Of a stretch of 64,000 nt of DNA, positions 1-12,579 are shown one piece after another. The position numbers and the translations under genes are program-made. A model generated the notes under the pieces. The model saw only the letters and a list, made by a program, of their open reading frames with translations. It ran no database searches and was not told the DNA's origin. Every line of letters begins with the position of its first letter. Position 1 is the first letter of the stretch. Source of the DNA: Eledone cirrhosa (Eukaryota); the NCBI GenBank assembly GCA_964016885.1, contig OZ024740.1, positions 318,060,001 through 318,124,000 of the forward strand, read 5' to 3'.

Positions 1-2729
1 ACCGATTCGAAATCTTTCTACTACAATACTCACAACAAATAATCCAGGATTGTCTCGTCTATTTCCACAACTTACATTCTATCTAACATTCTAACAACTC
101 CACCAATTCGAAATCTTTCTACTACAATACTCACAATAAATCATCCAGGATTGTCTCGTCTATTTCCACAACTTACGTTCTATCTGATATTCTAACGACT
201 CTACCAATTCGAAGTCTTTCTACTACAATACTAACAACAAATAATCCAGGATTGTCTCTTCTATTTCCACAACTTACATTCTATCTAACATTCTAACAAC
301 TCCACCAATTCGAAATCTTTCTACTACAATACTCACAACAAATCATCCAGGATTGTCTCGTCTATTTCCACAACTTACATTCTATCTGATATTCTAACGA
401 CTCTACCAATTCGAAGTCTTTCTACTACAATACTAACAACAAATAATCCAGGATTGTCTCTTCTATTTCCACAACTTGCATTCTATCTGACATTCTAATG
501 ACTCTACCAATTCGAAGTCTTTCTACTACAATACACACAACAAATAATCCAGGATTGTCTCGTCTATTTCCACAACTTGCATTCTATCTGACATTCTAAC
601 GACTCTACCAATTCGAAGTCTTTCTACTACAATACTCACAACAAATAATCCAGGATTGTCTCGTCTATTTCCACAAATTACATTCTATCTGACATTCTAA
701 CGACTCTACCAATTCGCTGTCTTTCTACTACAATACTCACAACAAATAATCCAGGATTGTCTCGTCTATTTCCACAACTTACATTCTATCTAACATTCTA
801 ACGACTCTACCAATTCGAAGCCTTTTTACTACATTACTCACAACAAATAATCCAGGATTGTCTCGTCTATTTCCACAAATTACATTCTATCTGACATTCT
901 AACGACTCTACCAATTCGCTGTCTTTCTACTACAATACTCACAACAAATAATCCAGGATTGTCTCGTCTATTTCCACAACTTACATTCTATCTGATATTC
1001 TAACGACTCTACCAATTCGAAGTCTTTCTACTACAATACTCACAACAAATAATCCAGGATTGTCTCGTCTATTTCCACAACTTACATTCTATCTGATATT
1101 CTAACGACTCTACCAATTCGAAGTCTTTCTACTACAATACTAACAACAAATAATCCAGGATTGTCTCTTCTATTTCCACAACTTACGTTCTATCTGACAT
1201 TCTAACAACTCTACCAATTCGAAATCTTTCTACTACAATACTCACAACAAATAATCCAGGATTGTCTCGTCTATTTCCACAACTTACATTCTATCTGATA
1301 TTCTAACGACTCTACCAATTCGAAGTCTTTCTACTACAATACTAACAACAAATAATCCAGGATTGTCTCGTCTATTTCCACAACTTACGTTCTATCTGAC
1401 ATTCTAACAACTCTACCAATTCGAAGTCTTTCTACTACAATACTCACAACAAATAATACAGGATTGGCTCGTCTATTTCCACAACTTACATTCTATCTGA
1501 TATTCTAACGACTCTACCAATTCGAAGTCTTTCTACTACAATACTAACAACAAATAATCCAGGATTGTCTCTTCTATTTCCACAACTTACATTCTATCTA
1601 ACATTCTAACAACTCCACCAATTCGAAATCTTTCTACTACAATACTCACAACAAATCATCCAGGATTGTCTCGTCTATTTCCACAACTTACATTCTATCT
1701 GATATTCTAACGACTCTACCAATTCGAAGTCTTTCTACTACAATACTAACAACAAATAATCCAGGATTGGCTCTTCTATTTCCACAAATTGCATTCTATC
1801 TGACATTCTAACGACTCTACCAATTCGAAGTCTTTCTACTACAATACGCACAACAAATAATCCAGGATTGTCTCGTCTATTTCCACAACTTGCATTCTAT
1901 CTGACATTCTAACGACTCTACCAATTCGAAGTCTTTCTACTACAATACTCACAACAAATAATCCAGGATTGTCTCTTCTATTTCCACAACTTACGTTCTA
2001 TCTGACATTCTAACAACTCTACCAATTCGAAATCTTTCTACTACAATACTAACAACAAATAATCCAGGATTGTCTCTTCTATTTCCACAACTTACGTTCT
2101 ATCTGACATTCTAACAACTCTACCAATTCGAAATCTTTCTACTACAATACTCACAACAAATAATCCAGGATTGTCTCGTCTATTTCCACAACTTACATTC
2201 TATCTGATATTCTAACGACTCTACCAATTCGCTGTCTTTCTACTACAATACTCACAACAAATAATCCAGGATTGTCTCGTCTATTTCCACAACTTACATT
2301 CTATCTGATATTCTAACGACTCTACCAATTCGAAGTCTGTCTACTACAATACTCACAACAAATAATCCAGGATTGTCTCGTCTATTTCCACAACTTACAT
2401 TCTATCTGATATTCTAACGACTCTACCAATTCGAAGTCTTTCTACTACAATACTAACAACAAATAATCCAGGAATGTCTCTTCTATTTCCACAACTTACA
2501 TTCTATCTGACATTCTAACATCTCTACCGATTCGAAATCTTTCTACTACAATACTCACAACAAATAATCCAGGATTGTCTCGTCTATTTCCACAACTTAC
2601 ATTCTATCTAACATTCTAACAACTCCACCAATTCGAAATCTTTCTACTACAATACTCACAATAAATCATCCAGGATTGTCTCGTCTATTTCCACAACTTA
2701 CGTTCTATCTGATATTCTAACGACTCTAC

Positions 2730-5555
2730 CAATTCGAAGTCTTTCTACTACAATACTAACAACAAATAATCCAGGATTGTCTCTTCTATTTCCACAACTT
2801 ACATTCTATCTAACATTCTAACAACTCCACCAATTCGAAATCTTTCTACTACAATACTCACAACAAATCATCCATGATTGTCTCGTCTATTTCCACAACT
2901 TCCATTCTATCTGATATTCTAACGACTCTACCAATTCGAAGTCTTTCTACTACAATACTAACAACAAATAATCCAGGATTGTCTCTTCTATTTCCACAAC
3001 TTGCATTCTATCTGACATTCTAATGACTCTACCAATTCGAAGTCTTTCTACTACAATACTCACAACAAATAATCCAGGATTGTCTCGTCTATTTCCACAA
3101 CTTGCATTCTATCTGACATTCTAACGACTCTACCAATTCGAAGTCTTTCTACTACAATACTCACAACAAATAATCCAGGATTGTCTCGTCTATTTCCACA
3201 AATTACATTCTATCTGACATTCTAACGACTCTACCAATTCGCTGTCTTTCTACTACAATACTCACAACAAATAATCCAGGATTGTCTCGTCTATTTCCAC
3301 AACTTACATTCTATCTGATATTCTAACGACTCTACCAATTCGAAGTCTTTCTACTACAATACTCACAACAAATAATCCAGGATTGTCTCGTCTATTTCCA
3401 CAACTTACATTCTATCTGATATTCTAACGACTCTACCAATTCGAAGTCTTTCTACTACAATACTAACAACAAATAATCCAGGATTGTCTCTTCTATTTCC
3501 ACAACTTACGTTCTATCTGACATTCTAACAACTCTACCAATTCGAAATCTTTCTACTACAATACTCACAACAAATAATCCAGGATTGTCTCGTCTATTTC
3601 CACAACTTACATTCTATCTGATATTCTAACGACTCTACCAATTCGAAGTCTTTCTACTACAATACTAACAACAAATAATCCAGGATTGTCTCGTCTATTT
3701 CCACAACTTACGTTCTATCTGACATTCTAACAACTCTACCAATTCGAAGTCTTTCTACTACAATACTCACAACAAATAATACAGGATTGGCTCGTCTATT
3801 TCCACAACTTACATTCTATCTGATATTCTAACGACTCTACCAATTCGAAGTCTTTCTACTACAATACTAACAACAAATAATCCAGGATTGTCTCTTCTAT
3901 TTCCACAACTTACATTCTATCTAACATTCTAACAACTCCACCAATTCGAAATCTTTCTACTACAATACTCACAACAAATCATCCAGGATTGTCTCGTCTA
4001 TTTCCACAACTTACATTCTATCTGATATTCTAACGACTCTACCAATTCGAAGTCTTTCTACTACAATACTAACAACAAATAATCCAGGATTGGCTCTTCT
4101 ATTTCCACAAATTGCATTCTATCTGACATTCTAACGACTCTACCAATTCGAAGTCTTTCTACTACAATACTAACAACAAATAATCCAGGATTGTCTCTTC
4201 TATTTCCACAACTTACATTCTATCTAACATTCTAACAACTCCACCAATTCGAAATCTTTCTACTACAATACTCACAACAAATCATCCATGATTGTCTCGT
4301 CTATTTCCACAACTTCCATTCTATCTGATATTCTAACGACTCTACCAATTCGAAGTCTTTCTACTACAATACTAACAACAAATAATCCAGGATTGTCTCT
4401 TCTATTTCCACAACTTGCATTCTATCTGACATTCTAATGACTCTACCAATTCGAAGTCTTTCTACTACAATACTCACAACAAATAATCCAGGATTGTCTC
4501 GTCTATTTCCACAACTTGCATTCTATCTGACATTCTAACGACTCTACCAATTCGAAGTCTTTCTACTACAATACTCACAACAAATAATCCAGGATTGTCT
4601 CGTCTATTTCCACAAATTACATTCTATCTGACATTCTAACGACTCTACCAATTCGCTGTCTTTCTACTACAATACTCACAACAAATAATCCAGGATTGTC
4701 TCGTCTATTTCCACAACTTACATTCTATCTGATATTCTAACGACTCTACCAATTCGAAGTCTTTCTACTACAATACTCACAACAAATAATCCAGGATTGT
4801 CTCGTCTATTTCCACAACTTACATTCTATCTGATATTCTAACGACTCTACCAATTCGAAGTCTTTCTACTACAATACTAACAACAAGTAATCCAGGATTG
4901 TCTCTTCTATTTCCACAACTTACGTTCTATCTGACATTCTAACAACTCTACCAATTCGAAATCTTTCTACTACAATACTCACAACAAATAATCCAGGATT
5001 GTCTCGTCTATTTCCACAACTTACATTCTATCTGATATTCTAACGACTCTACCAATTCGAAGTCTTTCTACTACAATACTAACAACAAATAATCCAGGAT
5101 TGTCTCGTCTATTTCCACAACTTACGTTCTATCTGACATTCTAACAACTCTACCAATTCGAAGTCTTTCTACTACAATACTCACAACAAATAATACAGGA
5201 TTGGCTCGTCTATTTCCACAACTTACATTCTATCTGATATTCTAACGACTCTACCAATTCGAAGTCTTTCTACTACAATACTAACAACAAATAATCCAGG
5301 ATTGTCTCTTCTATTTCCACAACTTACATTCTATCTAACATTCTAACAACTCCACCAATTCGAAATCTTTCTACTACAATACTCACAACAAATCATCCAG
5401 GATTGTCTCGTCTATTTCCACAACTTACATTCTATCTGATATTCTAACGACTCTACCAATTCGAAGTCTTTCTACTACAATACTAACAACAAATAATCCA
5501 GGATTGGCTCTTCTATTTCCACAAATTGCATTCTATCTGACATTCTAACGACTCT
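2730..5555. repeat. Tandem duplication of a 14-monomer block (1414 bp)
   Basis: CATCCATG at 2869 and 4283 (offset 1414), followed by the same order of variant monomers. The second copy has a private CAAGTAA at about 4887. Confidence 0.8.
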
Positions 5556-8500
5556 ACCAATTCGAAGTCTTTCTACTACAATACGCACAACAAATAATCC
5601 AGGATTGTCTCGTCTATTTCCACAACTTGCATTCTATCTGACATTCTAACGACTCTACCAATTCGAAGTCTTTCTACTACAATACTCACAACAAATAATC
5701 CAGGATTGTCTCTTCTATTTCCACAACTTACGTTCTATCTGACATTCTAACAACTCTACCAATTCGAAATCTTTCTACTACAATACTCACAACAAATAAT
5801 CCAGGATTGTCTCGTCTATTTCCACAACTTACATTCTATCTGATATTCTAACGACTCTACCAATTCGCTGTCTTTCTACTACAATACTCACAACAAATAA
5901 TCCAGGATTGTCTCGTCTATTTCCACAACTTACATTCTATCTGATATTCTAACGACTCTACCAATTCGAAGTCTGTCTACTACAATACTCACAACAAATA
6001 ATCCAGGACTGTCTCGTCTATTTCCACAACTTACATTCTATCTGATATTCTAATGACTCTACCAATTCGAAGTCTTTCTACTACAATACTAACAACAAAT
6101 AATCCAGGAATGTCTCTTCTATTTCCACAACTTACATTCTATCTGACATTCTAACATCTCTACCGATTCGAAATCTTTCTACTACAATACTCACAACAAA
6201 TAATCCAGGATTGTCTCGTCTATTTCCACAACTTACATTCTATGTAACATTCTAACAACTCCACCAATTCGAAATCTTTCTACTACAATACTCACAATAA
6301 ATCATCCAGGATTGTCTCGTCTATTTCCACAACTTACGTTCTATCTGATATTCTAACGACTCTACCAATTCGAAGTCTTTCTACTACAATACTAACAACA
6401 AATAATCCAGGATTGTCTCTTCTATTTCCACAACTTACATTCTATCTAACATTCTAACAACTCCACCAATTCGAAATCTTTCTACTACAATACTCACAAC
6501 AAATCATCCAGGATTGTCTCGTCTATTTCCACAACTTACATTCTATCTGATATTCTAACGACTCTACCAATTCGAAGTCTTTCTACTACAATACTAACAA
6601 CAAATAATCCAGGATTGTCTCTTCTATTTCCACAACTTGCATTCTATCTGACATTCTAATGACTCTACCAATTCGAAGTCTTTCTACTACAATACACACA
6701 ACAAATAATCCAGGATTGTCTCGTCTATTTCCACAACTTGCATTCTATCTGACATTCTAACGACTCTACCAATTCGAAGTCTTTCTACTACAATACTCAC
6801 AACAAATAATCCAGGATTGTCTCGTCTATTTCCACAAATTACATTCTATCTGACATTCTAACGACTCTACCAATTCGCTGTCTTTCTACTACAATACTCA
6901 CAACAAATAATCCAGGATTGTCTCGTCTATTTCCACAACTTACATTCTATCTAACATTCTAACGACTCTACCAATTCGAAGCCTTTTTACTACATTACTC
7001 ACAACAAATAATCCAGGATTGTCTCGTCTATTTCCACAAATTACATTCTATCTGACATTCTAACGACTCTACCAATTCGCTGTCTTTCTACTACAATACT
7101 CACAACAAATAATCCAGGATTGTCTCGTCTATTTCCACAACTTACATTCTATCTGATATTCTAACGACTCTACCAATTCGAAGTCTTTCTACTACAATAC
7201 TCACAACAAATAATCCAGGATTGTCTCGTCTATTTCCACAACTTACATTCTATCTGATATTCTAACGACTCTACCAATTCGAAGTCTTTCTACTACAATA
7301 CTAACAACAAATAATCCAGGATTGTCTCTTCTATTTCCACAACTTACGTTCTATCTGACATTCTAACAACTCTACCAATTCGAAATCTTTCTACTACAAT
7401 ACTCACAACAAATAATCCAGGATTGTCTCGTCTATTTCCACAACTTACATTCTATCTGATATTCTAACGACTCTACCAATTCGAAGTCTTTCTACTACAA
7501 TACTAACAACAAATAATCCAGGATTGTCTCGTCTATTTCCACAACTTACGTTCTATCTGACATTCTAACAACTCTACCAATTCGAAGTCTTTCTACTACA
7601 ATACTCACAACAAATAATACAGGATTGGCTCGTCTATTTCCACAACTTACATTCTATCTGATATTCTAACGACTCTACCAATTCGAAGTCTTTCTACTAC
7701 AATACTAACAACAAATAATCCAGGATTGTCTCTTCTATTTCCACAACTTACATTCTATCTAACATTCTAACAACTCCACCAATTCGAAATCTTTCTACTA
7801 CAATACTCACAACAAATCATCCAGGATTGTCTCGTCTATTTCCACAACTTACATTCTATCTGATATTCTAACGACTCTACCAATTCGAAGTCTTTCTACT
7901 ACAATACTAACAACAAATAATCCAGGATTGGCTCTTCTATTTCCACAAATTGCATTCTATCTGACATTCTAACGACTCTACCAATTCGAAGTCTTTCTAC
8001 TACAATACTAACAACAAATAATCCAGGATTGTCTCTTCTATTTCCACAACTTACATTCTATCTAACATTCTAACAACTCCACCAATTCGAAATCTTTCTA
8101 CTACAATACTCACAACAAATCATCCATGATTGTCTCGTCTATTTCCACAACTTCCATTCTATCTGATATTCTAACGACTCTACCAATTCGAAGTCTTTCT
8201 ACTACAATACTAACAACAAATAATCCAGGATTGTCTCTTCTATTTCCACAACTTGCATTCTATCTGACATTCTAATGACTCTACCAATTCGAAGTCTTTC
8301 TACTACAATACTCACAACAAATAATCCAGGATTGTCTCGTCTATTTCCACAACTTGCATTCTATCTGACATTCTAACGACTCTACCAATTCGAAGTCTTT
8401 CTACTACAATACTCACAACAAATAATCCAGGATTGTCTCGTCTATTTCCACAAATTACATTCTATCTGACATTCTAACGACTCTACCAATTCGCTGTCTT

Positions 8501-11500
8501 TCTACTACAATACTCACAACAAATAATCCAGGATTGTCTCGTCTATTTCCACAACTTACATTCTATCTGATATTCTAACGACTCTACCAATTCGAAGTCT
8601 TTCTACTACAATACTCACAACAAATAATCCAGGATTGTCTCGTCTATTTCCACAACTTACATTCTATCTGATATTCTAACGACTCTACCAATTCGAAGTC
8701 TTTCTACTACAATACTAACAACAAGTAATCCAGGATTGTCTCTTCTATTTCCACAACTTACGTTCTATCTGACATTCTAACAACTCTACCAATTCGAAAT
8801 CTTTCTACTACAATACTCACAACAAATAATCCAGGATTGTCTCGTCTATTTCCACAACTTACATTCTATCTGATATTCTAACGACTCTACCAATTCGAAG
8901 TCTTTCTACTACAATACTAACAACAAATAATCCAGGATTGTCTCGTCTATTTCCACAACTTACGTTCTATCTGACATTCTAACAACTCTACCAATTCGAA
9001 GTCTTTCTACTACAATACTCACAACAAATAATACAGGATTGGCTCGTCTATTTCCACAACTTACATTCTATCTGATATTCTAACGACTCTACCAATTCGA
9101 AGTCTTTCTACTACAATACTAACAACAAATAATCCAGGATTGTCTCTTCTATTTCCACAACTTACATTCTATCTAACATTCTAACAACTCCACCAATTCG
9201 AAATCTTTCTACTACAATACTCACAACAAATCATCCAGGATTGTCTCGTCTATTTCCACAACTTACATTCTATCTGATATTCTAACGACTCTACCAATTC
9301 GAAGTCTTTCTACTACAATACTAACAACAAATAATCCAGGATTGGCTCTTCTATTTCCACAAATTGCATTCTATCTGACATTCTAACGACTCTACCAATT
9401 CGAAGTCTTTCTACTACAATACGCACAACAAATAATCCAGGATTGTCTCGTCTATTTCCACAACTTGCATTCTATCTGACATTCTAACGACTCTACCAAT
9501 TCGAAGTCTTTCTACTACAATACTCACAACAAATAATCCAGGATTGTCTCTTCTATTTCCACAACTTACGTTCTATCTGACATTCTAACAACTCTACCAA
9601 TTCGAAATCTTTCTACTACAATACTCACAACAAATAATCCAGGATTGTCTCGTCTATTTCCACAACTTACATTCTATCTGATATTCTAACGACTCTACCA
9701 ATTCGCTGTCTTTCTACTACAATACTCACAACAAATAATCCAGGATTGTCTCGTCTATTTCCACAACTTACATTCTATCTGATATTCTAACGACTCTACC
9801 AATTCGAAGTCTGTCTACTACAATACTCACAACAAATAATCCAGGACTGTCTCGTCTATTTCCACAACTTACATTCTATCTGATATTCTAACGACTCTAC
9901 CAATTCGAAGTCTTTCTACTACAATACTAACAACAAATAATCCAGGAATGTCTCTTCTATTTCCACAACTTACATTCTATCTGACATTCTAACATCTCTA
10001 CCGATTCGAAATCTTTCTACTACAATACTCACAACAAATAATCCAGGATTGTCTCGTCTATTTCCACAACTTACATTCTATCTAACATTCTAACAACTCC
10101 ACCAATTCGAAATCTTTCTACTACAATACTCACAATAAATCATCCAGGATTGTCTCGTCTATTTCCACAACTTACGTTCTATCTGATATTCTAACGACTC
10201 TACCAATTCGAAGTCTTTCTACTACAATACTAACAACAAATAATCCAGGATTGTCTCTTCTATTTCCACAACTTACATTCTATCTAACATTCTAACAACT
10301 CCACCAATTCGAAATCTTTCTACTACAATACTCACAACAAATCATCCAGGATTGTCTCGTCTATTTCCACAACTTACATTCTATCTGATATTCTAACGAC
10401 TCTACCAATTCGAAGTCTTTCTACTACAATACTAACAACAAATAATCCAGGATTGTCTCTTCTATTTCCACAACTTGCATTCTATCTGACATTCTAATGA
10501 CTCTACCAATTCGAAGTCTTTCTACTACAATACACACAACAAATAATCCAGGATTGTCTCGTCTATTTCCACAACTTGCATTCTATCTGACATTCTAACG
10601 ACTCTACCAATTCGAAGTCTTTCTACTACAATACTCACAACAAATAATCCAGGATTGTCTCGTCTATTTCCACAAATTACATTCTATCTGACATTCTAAC
10701 GACTCTACCAATTCGCTGTCTTTCTACTACAATACTCACAACAAATAATCCAGGATTGTCTCGTCTATTTCCACAACTTACATTCTATCTAACATTCTAA
10801 CGACTCTACCAATTCGAAGCCTTTTTACTACATTACTCACAACAAATAATCCAGGATTGTCTCGTCTATTTCCACAAATTACATTCTATCTGACATTCTA
10901 ACGACTCTACCAATTCGCTGTCTTTCTACTACAATACTCACAACAAATAATCCAGGATTGTCTCGTCTATTTCCACAACTTACATTCTATCTGATATTCT
11001 AACGACTCTACCAATTCGAAGTCTTTCTACTACAATACTCACAACAAATAATCCAGGATTGTCTCGTCTATTTCCACAACTTACATTCTATCTGATATTC
11101 TAACGACTCTACCAATTCGAAGTCTTTCTACTACAATACTAACAACAAATAATCCAGGATTGTCTCTTCTATTTCCACAACTTACGTTCTATCTGACATT
11201 CTAACAACTCTACCAATTCGAAATCTTTCTACTACAATACTCACAACAAATAATCCAGGATTGTCTCGTCTATTTCCACAACTTACATTCTATCTGATAT
11301 TCTAACGACTCTACCAATTCGAAGTCTTTCTACTACAATACTAACAACAAATAATCCAGGATTGTCTCGTCTATTTCCACAACTTACGTTCTATCTGACA
11401 TTCTAACAACTCTACCAATTCGAAGTCTTTCTACTACAATACTCACAACAAATAATACAGGATTGGCTCGTCTATTTCCACAACTTACATTCTATCTGAT

Positions 11501-11830
11501 ATTCTAACGACTCTACCAATTCGAAGTCTTTCTACTACAATACTAACAACAAATAATCCAGGATTGTCTCTTCTATTTCCACAACTTACATTCTATCTAA
11601 CATTCTAACAACTCCACCAATTCGAAATCTTTCTACTACAATACTCACAACAAATCATCCAGGATTGTCTCGTCTATTTCCACAACTTACATTCTATCTG
11701 ATATTCTAACGACTCTACCAATTCGAAGTCTTTCTACTACAATACTAACAACAAATAATCCAGGATTGGCTCTTCTATTTCCACAAATTGCATTCTATCT
11801 GACATTCTAACGACTCTACCAATTCGAAGT
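3180..11830. repeat. 38-monomer higher-order repeat (3838 bp), about 2.2 copies
   Basis: Rare variants recur at offset 3838: CAAGTAA 4887/8725, GGACTG 6009/9847, ACCGATT 6162/10000, CATCCATG 4283/8121. Confidence 0.88.
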
Positions 11831-12579
11831 CTTTCTACTACAATACGCACAACAAATAATCCAGGATTGTCTCGTCTATTTCCACAACTTGCATTCTATC
11901 TGACATTCTAACGACTCTACCAATTCGAAGTCTTTCTACTACAATACTCACAACAAATAATCCAGGATTGTCTCTTCTATTTCCACAACTTACGTTCTAT
12001 CTGACATTCTAACAACTCTACCAATTCGAAGTCTTTCTACTACAATACTAACAACAAATAATCCAGGATTGTCTCTTCTATTTCCACAACTTACATTCTA
12101 TCTAACATTCTAACAACTCCACCAATTCGAAATCTTTCTACTACAATACTCACAACAAATCATCCATGATTGTCTCGTCTATTTCCACAACTTCCATTCT
12201 ATCTGATATTCTAACGACTCTACCAATTCGAAGTCTTTCTACTACAATACTAACAACAAATAATCCAGGATTGTCTCTTCTATTTCCACAACTTGCATTC
12301 TATCTGACATTCTAATGACTCTACCAATTCGAAGTCTTTCTACTACAATACTCACAACAAATAATCCAGGATTGTCTCGTCTATTTCCACAACTTGCATT
12401 CTATCTGACATTCTAACGACTCTACCAATTCGAAGTCTTTCTACTACAATACTCACAACAAATAATCCAGGATTGTCTCGTCTATTTCCACAAATTACAT
12501 TCTATCTGACATTCTAACGACTCTACCAATTCGCTGTCTTTCTACTACAATACTCACAACAAATAATCCAGGATTGTCT

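Noticed and set aside
5-21. CENP-B box
   Set aside because: Only the TTCG part matches NTTCGNNNNANNCGGGN; the A and CGGG are absent.
44-48. CCAGG (Dcm/EcoRII) and TTCGAA sites as a prokaryotic regulatory signal
   Set aside because: Short motifs are expected by chance and there is no prokaryotic context. They are useful only for generating a 101-bp restriction ladder.
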